A DNA stretch of 61,080 nt, counting the filler. It is 4 parts of 4 records of this genome, joined end to end, with 100 filler letters (N's around TTAATTAATTAA, not from the genome) between each part and the next. Parts side by side here need not be neighbours in the genome. Positions count along the whole stretch, not along the records: positions 1 to 19,438 come from DRR378314_655; positions 19,539 to 36,947 come from DRR378314_660; 2 more parts are not named here. One strand, written 5' to 3'. The position numbers and the translations under genes were made by a program. Positions within the stretch are counted from its first letter, which is position 1; the number at the start of each line of letters is the position of its first letter. Positions 12,874-23,901 of this stretch are shown piece after piece. The notes beneath the pieces were generated by a model. The model was not told where the DNA came from. It worked only from the letters and a program-made list of their open reading frames with translations, and searched no databases.

Positions 12874-13644
12874 GCCAGTGCCCGCCGGAGACGAGAGGCA
12901 GACGGCGCTGTGGAGCGCGCGCACTGCAGGAAACGCGGGAAAAGCGCGGATGCCGCGACGCGAGCGCCACAAATTTCCAAGTATACCCATTACAAGGATA
13001 TATGATTCAGGAAACGATCTGCCGAAGCGAGCTGGTCGCCATCCTCCCCATGTCCGGCGTTTCGCATTCTGTGCACGAGTTTCTCTACCGCAGGTACTTA
13101 CGAGCCAGTCTGCATGTACAATCATATGACTTCGGCACGGGAATCGGAAAATGGGATTTCTGCAAGGGGCACGAAGCAGCGACGCGCACACTTCGCCAGG
13201 TGTCCCCTTGGGCTCGTCCTCAGCGCGTAGCGTCCGGATTGCGAGGAGCGCACGCTACTTCTCACGCGTCGACATGGTCGCTGTTCTTGGTCTGATTCTG
13301 TGACACTCCCTACAAGCTTTGTACCTGGTGCAGTATACTATTTTCTTTCGCTCATGTATGCGCCATTTCGCTCGCTCCAAGCTAGCTGCTGTCGCTGTGA
13401 CGAAGAATAGGCAGGCCTACAAAAGCAGTGCGGTGCGGTTGCATGATCGGTTGACAAAGTAGGGCGAGAATACGAACAACCATGAGCTTGGTAACCGCAC
13501 GATTGACGTGCTCTGCAGCGCTTGCGGCGACTGCGCGAGATAGTCGACGCGCCGCACGCGGTCGTTTCACCAGCGGGGCACGGCGTGTGTAAGAGAGGAA
13601 GAGAGAAAGAAAAACAGAGCGTGACACCCTTCAGGTATACACCG

Positions 13645-16600
13645 ATGGAGCTCGATGAAGCTCGTCCGAAGGTCGATGCGCTTCTGCAAGCTGTGCACGG
13701 AGCGCTGGACGCAGTTTCCCGGTGCGTACGTGCGGAGTCCGGCGTTGCACAGCGCTGCAGATATGCGCGCACTGGTGCTGCGCGCTCCAATCCATTTGCT
13801 TGGTACAGAGGAACAACGCTCAAAATACCTGGACAATAGCACCTGCATTATATTTTGTACATTTATACATAATACTACGTGCATACTCAGTGAATGACTG
13901 TGGTCGGAGAGTCGCCATATGTGGTGCTGCCAGTTTGTTGCTCACTTACCGCGCGTGTTGCCTCCCGCTGCAGCCGGTTCTACCGGCAGTCTGCCACCGA
14001 GGCGAGCGTGTCAAGTCTGCGCAGCGTTGCCGACTCGCTCGGACAGGACGATGACCCACATTGGGTATACTATGCGTACCGAGTGATAGCAAAATGCGAG
14101 AATGTGCTGGGAAACTGGCCGCGTGAAGCCGCGGTGCTCGTCGGTGCTGCGTCAAAGATTGCTGCAATGGTGCGTTCAGGAACTGCCGGTGCAGCTGTCC
14201 GGTGAGGCGGAAATCCGCTCACTGTCCTGCACAAGCTGAGAATGCGAAATCTGCGCTTTTGAGCTCGTGGTATGCTTACGATCGCATCCTGGATTTATTT
14301 GCTCTTGTTCAACTGTAGCGCCTCGAGTTTGGCGAACCAGGTGCTGGGACTCTGGCTTTCCGCGTGTGCGAGCTCTCCGAGGCAGCCTCCGAGGTGCGGT
14401 CTGCGCGGAACAGCCGCGAATCGGTGCTCGCACTCGAGCGCGTTTACCTTTCGTTGCGCACGCTGACCCTTGCTTCTCGGGCACATGCCATCACTCATGC
14501 AGGTATACCGTCGTCATGGCGAGTATTCGTGCGCCGGCCTCTGCCTTGCGGACGCAGGGCACATTCTGGAGAGTGCTGGGGCACACGAAGACGCCGCTTC
14601 GTATTACAGTCAGGCCGCTGTCCTCGTATACAGACATGAGAGTACCATCACGTGCGTTTGCGCTCTCAGGTGAAGAGTGCGCAAACGTTACCATCATTTT
14701 GGCAAAGTCACTGCAGTAGAACTGCTTACAGTACTGGAGTGCTCACGGCGCCAATCCTCGGGCTCGTAGGCGGTAGTTCTTATTGCTTGCGCTGCCTTTG
14801 CTTCGAGGTTGCAGTCGCTCTCTGTTGTGCTTCTCGAAATTAAAGAAAAAATCACGCGGGGCTGGATGCGCACTCTGAGAACTCACTCCGCTCGTATTGG
14901 AAGTGTATCATGTTTCATGTACTCCCGCGGCTTATTGCGCTCTGGGCTTCGTTCGCTGGGCAGTCGCGCTTCGGGTGGTGCGGTAGGGACGGGCCTGCAC
15001 TCCGCCGCGCTTGACATCGCCGCAGTGCGGAACTACGCACGCGCTGGGAACCTCGATGGAGCAAAGCATACGCTCGACGGGGCCGCGATGCGGACAAATG
15101 ATGCTAGTGCGGACAATACTATCGGTACGTGAGGTTCATACGTGCTGCATTGCGGGAAATAGCGTCCTCCCTCATCGGGCCGATTCGTTCCTGGCTTCCG
15201 CGATTTGCGCGCTAGCCAGGGATGGGTTCGCACTTGAGATCGTCGTCGCCGACGTCACTGCCCTCACTGGCGGGAGGAGAAGAATTTTTTTTTCCGCGTT
15301 GACACAAAGGCATCTTGAAGGTTTCGTCATCGTTCTCTTCTCAAGCTGGAGATTGTGATCGGTATTGTGTTCTGTATTGGGCAATAGTTCACTTTCTGTA
15401 CTCGTCTCTACCGCACGTCTGCCCCTCGTGGCAAATTCCACCTTTGTTTTTTTTTTCCGCAGCTGTTCCCCACGTTTTGGACCTACGAGTGCCCTCACTC
15501 GTCCGTATTTGTCACCCTAAATCTGTCACGCTTCTGTGAAAAACTCTTTGTCACGGGAGAAGCAGTCGCCTCTTTGCTGCGGTTGAGCTCCTCTGCGTAG
15601 TGCGTTTTGCATTGCGGTATCAAGGTGTGCTCTACACTACTCGTGCTTTGCTTTTGCTTCGTGTTCTCGCGATGGTCGCCGTCGTGCCGATAGTTTTCAA
15701 GAAAGAAGATACCATTGTAATTGCATCTCTTTTTCCCTTTTCCTCCTATGTGTCTGTTGCGCATGTACCCAGTCGCGTCGATGGGACTGGACGAGTTTGG
15801 AGTCACAGTATTCCGAGCGCTGTTCGCCGCCTGTGAAGGTGCGACAAGTCAGTCGTTGATCGGTGTCGTACGGAATCGGTCCGGGCTAGAAAGCACTCTG
15901 TGTGCGCCAAGACGTGCGCAGCGCGGTGGAATTCCACCGGGAGTGTCTACGAGATGGGATGGGCGCCCTTGTGTATTCTCTGGAAAAAAGTGCCATTTTC
16001 GTCGGGTTGTCCCAGCGAAGCGCGTTATGCGTGAATCATCTTTTTCGCCTTGTTCCCTCTCCGCAGGTCGAGCAGAAGAGGTCGAAGCTCGTGCTGTGTC
16101 TCTGACGCAGCTCTGTAGCCGCGAACCCTCGGTCGCTCTAGCAGCCATGTCGGAGCTCATCGCTGCGCTTCGCGATCCAGAGAACGGAGGAATGGATATG
16201 CAGCGTACGTATTGCGCATCGGATACATTCGCACGAAACTGTCGGGAATCGCGAGAGCGTTCCAGAGGAGCAGCTGTGAGGCTGATAAGCGAAAAGTTAA
16301 CCATAGATCGCACTTTTGCTTGGCGCGAAGTTAGCTCAGAAACGCGTGGAACATTTTCCTCCCTCCAACGCGTGTGTTTATCCACCTACCGTGTTATTGT
16401 GGTTTCCATACGGTAAATTTGTTCTTTTGGCGGCTGATTATAGGTGCGTGTGCGCTTTCCGCGGTCGTTCCCGCGTGCGCTCGAGGCTTACTCGGACTCG
16501 CCGCTGCAATTCGTAACGACACTGTCGCCGCTGAAGACGCTGCAATCGAACTTGTACGTTTATAATCCCGAGAGATGTGGTGCATACTGTAGAAACATGA

Positions 16601-17117
16601 TGAGTCCCAGATGTGAGTAGCAGTGTTTATTCTACTAATTTTTGAACGTTTGATTTTCTCCTGCATGTTGGCCTTCTGGAGAAAGGACGGCCAAGTGCGA
16701 ATAATGATGCGGTATTTTGCTCGTCAATATGCGAAAGAGCGTTTCTCTCTCTCCCCTCCCTCTCCGTTGGTCTGGTTTTACAGTCTACAAAGTACCGAGC
16801 TCTGCGTAGGATAGCACGAACCCGAATGTGCAAGCATGACATTGCTCGCTCACGCTTTGCTTTCTCGTGCATCCTCGCAGTTTCCACACTCATTTCAAAG
16901 TTATGTTTATGCTACTTTCGGCGGTGCATGTTGTGAATTGTGTCTGTGCCGTCCTGCTCCTGTATTCGCCCGATTGGTGTCCTCACTCTATTGTGATCTC
17001 TGTGTTGCTCCAAATCGCCGTCATCCCAAGGAAATGCATCTCACAGCCGAGCAAGCGGACGTTCTCGCTCTCTCCGTGTCGCGAGCGCGAGAGCGGAGGC
17101 GATGTGCGCCCCGATGA
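13645..17117 (+). CDS. HAP40/F8A-like (huntingtin-associated protein 40) TPR-like protein, multi-exon
   Basis: In-phase exons 13645-13721, 13974-14169, 14319-14393, 14503-14651, 14964-15124, then exons near 15601, 15771, 16067, 16444 and a last exon ending TGA at 17117. Motifs RRFYRQSATEA...VIAKCENVLGNWPREAAVLVGAA, LCLADAGHILESAGAHEDAASYYSQAA and C-terminal EMHLTAEQADVLAL parallel recalled human HAP40 segments. The junction at 15600-15770 is not resolved. Confidence 0.68.
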
Positions 17118-17715
17118 CCGGTATGGAGCTGCGGGAATCGACATTCTGTAATCATCCCTGTGTGTAGTGTTGATTTGTGCACAAAACAAATGCGTTTCTG
17201 CAACATTGCAAGGAGCGTTCCTGTATTGTAGTAAACGAAAGCGCCTGCACACACTGCTCGTTCACAGCATGTTCAGAATACACCTGTGAAAAAAAAAAAG
17301 AACAAACAACCGAACGAACACGGAACCTCTTGCTCTCTAACCCTAAAAGAATGAACAAATGCCAACAAGGAAAGGCCCGATACAACACCAAATCGCCACG
17401 AATGTACCACTCAAGCGCACACAATCACCTGCTGCAACTGCACACCACGCAGTTCCGCCCGCGAGGGAGCGCGGAGCGCGGGCTCCGCGCTAACCAGCGC
17501 ATTCCCGGGAGCCGTGCGCGCGCGGAAAGGAAGAGCGAGTCTCGCGCAGGAGACAGCGGGGTGGATTGCAGCGCGGTGATGTCGCGGCCGCTTCGCGCGA
17601 GACCGCGGCGCCGCCGTGGTCGAAAGGGGATACGGTCCCCGTTGTCAGAGAGCGGCGCGCGCGCGCCCGGACTCACGCACGCTCCCTCACGTGCCGCATT
17701 CCGCGGCCTCGTGGT

Positions 17716-19175
17716 CTATTTGAAGGCGTTGTTGACCATTCCCTTCGCCGCGTCTTTGAGGTGGTCCGTAATACCGAGTTTGTCGCCGACATCGCCGAGC
17801 CCAGGCCCGCCGCCGCTGCTCTTCTGCGCCTGCAGGCCGCCTGCCTGCGAGAGCGCGGAGATGTTTGCGCGCAGGGCGTTCATCCAGTCCGCCGCCTCGG
17901 TGGCCACGTCCGCGCGGAGCTGGTAGTCGCGCGGCTTCGTGAGGATCTTGAACGAGCCCGGCTCCGGTCCCTCTTTCAGATTGATCACCGCCGACAGTGA
18001 GATCGAGCCCTTTTGAACGGCACGCTGCAGCAAGCATGAGATGAGCGGAAGCGAGGCGGAACAGCGGCACGTAAGTGCGTCGCACGCCGCGTGCGCGCCG
18101 GGCCAGCGAGCCGCAAACGGCACGCGAAGCAGCGGCAATACCGCAGCAGCGGCAGCGCGCCCGCGGGCATTCCGCAACGGCTGCAAATATCCATCAATGC
18201 ACTGATGCAGACATCCGCAACCAACAAGGTAGTCTTCATCCGCGTAACCGCCACCATTGCAGCATTCTCCACCAGGATAGCTGCCTAAATGGCAGCAACT
18301 TCTACCGCACCGGTCAACACTGCGACCACAGCCACAATCGAACCCTATCAGCCATCGAACACAACTACAGCTACAGGCACAACCACTGCTGCGCCATCCA
18401 ACCACCCACCCGGACCCGGAGCTTTACAAGTACTTTCAACGAACTGCCCATAGGCGTGTGCAGACCAGTGCTGCAGCGATCGCTTCGGAGCCAGCGGCAA
18501 CGCACCGACGAGTTCTCGTAGTACCGCAGGCAGTCGTTCTCGAGGACGAAGAAGCGGTGCTTCCACTTCTTTCCTGACAGCATTCCACCGCCGGGGCCCT
18601 TCTTATGCAAATAACCGCTCCGCGTGGTAAACAACGGGCCTTGCTGCGGAGCAGGAGCTGTGGCTTGTTGCTGCGGTGCGGGCTGCACAGGGTGTGCGGG
18701 CTGCTCGTGGCTCGGCAGCGCCGCCGCGACGCCCGACATGTTCATCCCGCTGCTCGACGGTGGAGGCTGGACAGGCTGCTGCGCCCAGAGCAGCACACGA
18801 GCGCCACGCGCGTATCAGCATCGCTGTGGCGGCGCGCATCGGTGGTTGCAACGCGGAATATCGGCGCGAGCGCGTTCGTACCTGCTGCTGCGTCGGAGCC
18901 GGCGCGGCCGCCGACTCGCCGTTTGCGCAGCTCATGCACTGCCATCCGGCGACCTGCGGGTCGTACGTGAAGCTCTCAAAGAAACGGTTGTCAGTCAACT
19001 GGTCGATCAGCTTGTCTTGGTCAGCAGACTGCGCGCCAACAGGGAAAAGGAGTAGTACGTGGATGGAAGCGAGTCAGCGGCAACACGGAGGGAATCGCTG
19101 CGAGAGCGAGTGCGACCGCCGGACCTGCGCTCGCGCGAAATCAACCGGTGCGATTACGGGTTGATTCTCCCACAT
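17716..19175 (-). CDS. PH-domain protein with Gln/Pro-rich linker, multi-exon; 5' end uncertain
   Basis: Exons 17716-18024, 18506-about 18778, 18882-19028, 19125-about 19175. PH motifs: RSGYLHKKG...KKWKHRFFVLENDCLRYY | KGSISLS...SFKILT...YQLRA...AADWMNAL. Confidence 0.8.
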
Positions 19176-19412
19176 TTCCGCTACAAGCTGTCGTATTTAA
19201 CAGCCCATACATGTTGCGGTATCGCGTCCAGATGTGGACGCGAAACACTGGCACGCGGGAGAAACGGAAAACCCTAGTCGGCACGACAAGCGATTCCATT
19301 CTCTCTCCGTCGGTCAACAGCAGCAAGCGAAGACATCGGAACGTCTTGTCACCATTCGCTGCGTCACTGTACCGCTAGCGCACTCGTTATACGCACAGAA
19401 AAACTCACGTGA

Positions 19413-19438
19413 AGAGAGAGAGAGAGAGAGAGAGAGAG
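19413..19438. repeat. (GA)n microsatellite at the contig end
   Basis: Uninterrupted AG dinucleotide run up to the N spacer; likely cause of the assembly break. Confidence 0.9.
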
Positions 19439-19538
19439 NNNNNNNNNNNNNNNNNNNNNNNNNNNNNNNNNNNNNNNNNNNNTTAATTAATTAANNNNNN
19501 NNNNNNNNNNNNNNNNNNNNNNNNNNNNNNNNNNNNNN
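19439..19538. other. Artificial contig spacer
   Basis: N44-TTAATTAATTAA-N44, a six-frame stop linker. Confidence 0.99.
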
Positions 19539-20141
19539 TCTGGCGCGAATACCAATTTTGATCGTTTGCAACATATTGCGGAACGCACCGAGCTGGGTGA
19601 GCAGCGTGAAGCGATCTTGGCGGTGACCATTGCGGAAAACCCAGGCAGTTTTAAAAAGTTTTGCCGAACGCTGGGCAAGCGCATGGTCACCGAGTTCAGC
19701 TATCGCTATGCAGATAATAGCGAGGCTCATATCTTTGTGGGTGTTCAAGTTAAACCGGGTGGGGAAGACCGCCAGGCGGTGATTGATAAGCTTCGTGAAG
19801 CTGGCTATCAGGTTGAAGATTTGACCGACAATGAGCTGGCGAAGCTACATATCCGCCATCTTAGCGGTGGTCGGCCCAGCGAGCGCTTTGAAGAAGAGCT
19901 CTACCGCTTTGAGTTCCCGGAGCGACCGGGTGCGCTAATGAACTTTTTAACCCAGCTACCCCATGACTGGAATATTTCACTGTTCCACTACCGAAATCAT
20001 GGTGCTGCCTACGGTCGTGTATTGGTCGGTATGCAAGTGCCGAGCAGTGATCAAACCCATGTTGCAGAGTACTTAGATGCGATTGGCTACCGTTATTGGC
20101 GAGAGAGCGATAACCCAGCGTATAAGCTCTTTATGGCGTAA
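19539..20141 (+). CDS. ilvA: Biosynthetic threonine ammonia-lyase, 3' part (regulatory ACT-like domains)
   Basis: SGANTNFDRLQHIAER...EAILAVTIAENPGSF...FEFPERPGALMNFL...WNISLFHYRNHGAAYGRVLVG. Truncated by the contig start. Confidence 0.95.
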   Translation, partial: SGANTNFDRLQHIAERTELGEQREAILAVTIAENPGSFKKFCRTLGKRMVTEFSYRYADNSEAHIFVGVQVKPGGEDRQAVIDKLREAGYQVEDLTDNELAKLHIRHLSGGRPSERFEEELYRFEFPERPGALMNFLTQLPHDWNISLFHYRNHGAAYGRVLVGMQVPSSDQTHVAEYLDAIGYRYWRESDNPAYKLFMA

Positions 20142-20368
20142 AGAATTGTAAGTACTCACTAACCCCGGGATGCAGAGTTGTTAAGAAGAGTGAGCTTCTG
20201 AAAACGTTTAATGGTGCGTTAAAAATAGCACTGAAAGCAGTTGTCAGTCCTCTTCTATAGCCCTATAGTCGTGGGCGAAATTAATGAGGTGTGTCATCTT
20301 TTTAGAAACACTGTTTAGATGACGCATTAAGGATATTTGGCAACCGTAAAAGACGTTGGAGATGAGGC

Positions 20369-20467
20369 ATGCGGCGTAAAAAGCCTGATATGGTGATGGC
20401 GCTAACAGTGGTGTTTTTACTTGGAGTACTCGCCACTGGATACGCGCAAGCGCTATCGGGGAGTTAA
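20369..20467 (+). CDS. Small 32-aa single-TM protein (below the ORF-track cutoff)
   Basis: MRRKKPDMVMALTVVFLLGVLATGYAQALSGS*, with GGAGA/GAGG Shine-Dalgarno upstream. Basic N-terminus followed by a hydrophobic helix. Confidence 0.65.
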   Translation: MRRKKPDMVMALTVVFLLGVLATGYAQALSGS

Positions 20468-20531
20468 CTTACTAAGTTGATCACAGCGCTTTCAGCGTAA
20501 ACGCTGCGCCAAACTAGTCGAGGTTGATATT

Positions 20532-20566
20532 TAAAACGGGCTGATCATTAAGATCAGCCCGTTTTA
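20532..20566. terminator. Perfect 15-bp hairpin, probable bidirectional terminator overlapping the ygfA stop
   Basis: TAAAACGGGCTGATC-ATTAA-GATCAGCCCGTTTTA between convergent genes. Confidence 0.75.
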
Positions 20567-21186
20567 GTTGGTCGAATAACCCTTGTGTCACTTGCTATCA
20601 CGTCCAACGGAATATCCCAAGGCTCGATGGGTAGCGCATCCACCTGTTGGCAGGCGTGAGCAACGCCTATAAGTGTCGGTGCTGGCCCTTGGCGGCGCAT
20701 AAAAGCGAGGCTGCGATCATAGAAACCACCTCCCATGCCCATGCGATTTGCTTGCTTATCAAATCCTACCAGCGGAACAATAAGCGTATCTAGCGCCCAA
20801 GCTGGCAGGCGATTGCGCCTATCGGCGGCAAATCGTGAGCAGGGCTCTGCGATGCCAAAACGGTTTTTAACCATGGGGGTAGATTCGCGGTAGGCAACAA
20901 ACCAAAGGCGATTAGTCGAAAATGGGCGCAATACCGGTAAGTAAATACTTACTTTTCGCTGTCGAAGCCAAGGTATTAATGGTGTCGGGTCTATCTCGCC
21001 GTTAACCGGTAAATAAAGGCTAATGCGTTTCGCACGACAAATTTCAGGCAGCCCTTTAAGGCGCTGGCAAAGGGCGGTAGCGGCTTGTTTTTGCTGATCT
21101 AGGGAAAGGGTGCGGCGTCTGCGTCTAAGCTCACGACGAAGCGCAATTTTATCGCCGAATGTACTGCGGGCAGCAGTATCGTTCAT
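20554..21186 (-). CDS. ygfA: 5-formyltetrahydrofolate cyclo-ligase
   Basis: KIALRRELRRRRR, NRFGIAEP, LDTLIVPLVGFD...RMGMGGGFYDR, WDIPLD. Located downstream of 6S RNA, as in other gammaproteobacteria. Confidence 0.95.
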   Translation of the reverse strand: MNDTAARSTFGDKIALRRELRRRRRTLSLDQQKQAATALCQRLKGLPEICRAKRISLYLPVNGEIDPTPLIPWLRQRKVSIYLPVLRPFSTNRLWFVAYRESTPMVKNRFGIAEPCSRFAADRRNRLPAWALDTLIVPLVGFDKQANRMGMGGGFYDRSLAFMRRQGPAPTLIGVAHACQQVDALPIEPWDIPLDVIASDTRVIRPTKTG

Positions 21187-21221
21187 AACGAGCTACTCGT
21201 GATGAGCTAATCAAGACTAAG

Positions 21222-21403
21222 TGTTCCCCAGAATGCCGCTGTCGTTCTGGCCCTGAACCTACTGGTTCAGGTGGGTGGCCGCAGCCAAACCGTCAGGCTT
21301 TCCGACGCACGGACATGCACACGGGTTTGGCTAGCATTTGGCCCCCTGGGTACTTCGCATAGGCTCGAGGGACTATAACGACTGGCGTACACCCCAGAGA
21401 ACA
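21222..21403 (-). ncRNA. ssrS: 6S RNA
   Basis: About 182 nt between zapA and ygfA. Complementary ends (TGTTCTCTGGGGTG.../...GCATTCTGGGGAACA), with GTCCCTCGAGCC and TGAACCAGTAGGTTCAGGG...GCGGCA segments typical of gammaproteobacterial 6S RNA. Confidence 0.9.
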
Positions 21404-21408
21404 TCTCT

Positions 21409-21436
21409 ATCCTAACAGAGCCAGTGGTAATGCCAA
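21409..21436 (-). promoter_or_regulatory. sigma70-type promoter of ssrS
   Basis: TTGGCA-16 bp-TAGGAT with TGn extended -10, 5 nt upstream of the predicted 6S 5' end. Confidence 0.6.
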
Positions 21437-21454
21437 AGAGCCGACAGCAGGTTC

Positions 21455-21763
21455 TTACGGTTCTTTTTGCTGGCGTGTATCCGCTAGTGCCCGTTCAAGG
21501 CGGTCGTTTAGGCGGTTCAGGTTTGCTTCGCTCGCGCGGTGCTCATCCATAATTTCAAGCAACTCATGGGTGATATTCAGCGCTGCCATCACTGCAACCC
21601 GCTCGCTGCCAAGGGCATTGCTTTGGGCGTGAATGCCATTCATCGCGCGATCTAAATAGCGAGCAGCACGTTCCAGCTTAGCTTCTTCGCCAGTGTCGCA
21701 AGCAATCATGTAGCTGCGACCCAGTAGGGTGATTTCTTTGGTTGGCCGCTTCGCGTTACTCAT
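21455..21763 (-). CDS. zapA: Cell division protein ZapA
   Basis: EITLLGRSYMIAC...LERAARYLDRAM...ERVAVMAALNITHEL; synteny with ssrS. Start placed at ATG 21763. Confidence 0.92.
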   Translation of the reverse strand: MSNAKRPTKEITLLGRSYMIACDTGEEAKLERAARYLDRAMNGIHAQSNALGSERVAVMAALNITHELLEIMDEHRASEANLNRLNDRLERALADTRQQKEP

Positions 21764-21836
21764 CAAAAACTCCGGCACAGGTCATTTTATTGACCAATGC
21801 GTTAACATCGCTGCATAGGAAGGATAGTTGGCGTTC

Positions 21837-21866
21837 ACTATAAGAGAGCCGCTTATGTGGGGTCAA
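21837..21866 (-). promoter_or_regulatory. sigma70-type promoter for zapA
   Basis: TTGACC-18 bp-TATAGT on the minus strand. Confidence 0.55.
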
Positions 21867-21961
21867 CGCACAGGCGCGCGCGCCGTAAGATTCCTTCTGC
21901 GGTTTAACACCCTTAGAGATGTTGTTACGACGACTTCATTCCCCATTTTGTATAGCGAGCA

Positions 21962-22546
21962 ATGCCCATGTCCCTAATCAATGAACGCCAGGATTTTTCT
22001 GACGTCGCGGATGTTTTTCTTCTGCATGGAAGTATGCAGTCGCCCGCGTTTTTGGATGGCCGCCTAAGTGGTCTGTTAGCGCTGCGTGATGTGACGGCTG
22101 AAGCATGGCTAGAAGAGGTATGCCTAAGCTTAGGGGTCGAGCAGCCGCGAGATCCTGCTAGCGCTGAACGCTTACTAGGTTGGCGGCGTCAAACGCTGGA
22201 GGCATTGAGCGCCAGCGATTTGAATTACACACCGCTGCTACCCGATGAGCTTTTTTCACTCGCCGAGCAAGCCCAGGGGCTAAAAGAGTGGACGCTGGGT
22301 TTTATGGAAGTCGTTGAAGACGTGGCTGATGAAGCGCTACGCGAACGTTGGTCTAAGACGCTTCAAGAGGCCATTGATGATCTCGCAGGACTCGTACAGA
22401 TCGAAACCGATATCGAGGATAGTCCTGAAAACGAAAATGATCTATTTGCGCTGACGGAACACGCGCGTATGGCGGCAATGCTGCTCTACACCGAGCAGCA
22501 CCCAGGAATGCCCCAGGTTGAGCAGACCGACGCCCCCGTTCATTAA
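21962..22546 (+). CDS. ygfB: UPF0149 family protein
   Basis: SPAFLDGRLSG, PLLPDE...LKEWTLGF, LTEHARMAA; conserved position upstream of pepP. Confidence 0.88.
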   Translation: MPMSLINERQDFSDVADVFLLHGSMQSPAFLDGRLSGLLALRDVTAEAWLEEVCLSLGVEQPRDPASAERLLGWRRQTLEALSASDLNYTPLLPDELFSLAEQAQGLKEWTLGFMEVVEDVADEALRERWSKTLQEAIDDLAGLVQIETDIEDSPENENDLFALTEHARMAAMLLYTEQHPGMPQVEQTDAPVH

Positions 22547-22560
22547 TACAGGAGTTATCT

Positions 22561-23901
22561 ATGTTACCTGAGTTACTGCCTCGGCCCGCCGCTATTGCGC
22601 CTGCAGAGTACCGCCAGCGCCGAGAAGCGCTCATCGCCCAACTGCCTGCCAATGCTGCGCTAGTGGTGCCAAGCGCTGCCTTGGTAACGCGCTCTCACGA
22701 TAGCGAATACGCGTTCCGCCAGCAGAGTGATTTTTACTACTTAACCGGCATTCAAGAGCCCGATGCGTTGCTTGTAGTGCTGCCTGGGCGCGAGGCAGGC
22801 CAAAGCGTGGTGTTTTGCCAAGACCGCGACGCCACTATGGAAGCCTGGACAGGTAGACGACTAGGCGCCCGGGGCGTTGAGGCTCAGCATGGCATTGACC
22901 AAGCGTTTGAAAATGCTCAGCGGGAAGAACTGTTGCCAGATCTATTGGCAGGCCGCGAACTGCTCTACCTGCCGTTAGATAACCCTGAGGCGCTGAATAT
23001 TGCAGAAGAGGCGTTGGCCTTCGCTCAAGCTGGCCTACGCCGAGGTAAGCCAGCATTAAAAGGATGGTTGGATAGCCGCCCGCTTGTTCATGAGATGCGC
23101 CTTATTAAAAGCCCTGCTGAAATTACCCTGCTGCGCCATGCGGCCGCTATTTCAGCAAAGGCGCATACGCGTGCGATGCGTGTCTGCCATCCAGGGTTAA
23201 GCGAGTATCAGTTGCAGGCAGAGTTAGAGCACGAATTCGTTTGGCAAGGTGCTAGCGGGCCTGCGTATAGCACCATTGTTGGTGGTGGCGTTAACGCTTG
23301 CGTGCTGCACTATATTGAGAACAGCGATACGTTGCAGGCCGATACACTTGTGCTGATTGACGCAGGGGCCGAGTTCGACCTCTACGCTGGGGATATTACC
23401 CGTACTTTCCCGGTTAATGGTCGGTTCAATGACGCTCAGCGGGCGCTTTATCAAGTGGTGCTAGATGCGCAAGAGCGTGCAGTGCACGCCGTCAAGCCGG
23501 GAGCCACGCTGGCGGATATTCACCAAGGGGTCGTGAGGGATTTAACCGCTGGGCTGATCGGTCTCGGGTTGTTAGAGGGCGATGTGCAGGCGCGCATTGA
23601 CGATGAGAGCTATCGGCGCTTCTACCTGCACTCTACGTCCCATTGGTTGGGGTTAGACGTGCACGATGTAGGAACTTATCGGTTGGATGAAGAGACGCCG
23701 CGCCTGCTAACCGAAGGCATGGTCGTCACGATTGAGCCTGGTTTATACATTCCCAGCGATGATGATATTCCTGCCGCTTACCGCGGAATTGGAATTCGTA
23801 TTGAAGATGATGTCGTGGTGACCCGTGATGGGCACGAAGTGCTTACGTCAGACGTGCCGAAGCGAATTGCTGATATAGAGCAATTAATGGTTAATAAATA
23901 A
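22561..23901 (+). CDS. pepP: Xaa-Pro aminopeptidase P
   Basis: FRQQSDFYYLTG, LIDAGAE...YAGDITRTFP, HWLGLDVHD, TIEPGLY, GIRIEDD. Confidence 0.97.
   Translation: MLPELLPRPAAIAPAEYRQRREALIAQLPANAALVVPSAALVTRSHDSEYAFRQQSDFYYLTGIQEPDALLVVLPGREAGQSVVFCQDRDATMEAWTGRRLGARGVEAQHGIDQAFENAQREELLPDLLAGRELLYLPLDNPEALNIAEEALAFAQAGLRRGKPALKGWLDSRPLVHEMRLIKSPAEITLLRHAAAISAKAHTRAMRVCHPGLSEYQLQAELEHEFVWQGASGPAYSTIVGGGVNACVLHYIENSDTLQADTLVLIDAGAEFDLYAGDITRTFPVNGRFNDAQRALYQVVLDAQERAVHAVKPGATLADIHQGVVRDLTAGLIGLGLLEGDVQARIDDESYRRFYLHSTSHWLGLDVHDVGTYRLDEETPRLLTEGMVVTIEPGLYIPSDDDIPAAYRGIGIRIEDDVVVTRDGHEVLTSDVPKRIADIEQLMVNK

Noticed and set aside
18025-18505. 229-aa Cys/Gly-rich ORF extension upstream of the PH C-terminal half
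   Set aside because: Low-complexity intron; splicing 18506 to 18024 restores a contiguous PH domain.
19483-19494. TTAATTAATTAA palindrome, repeated three times in the window
   Set aside because: Synthetic stop-codon linker inside the N spacers.
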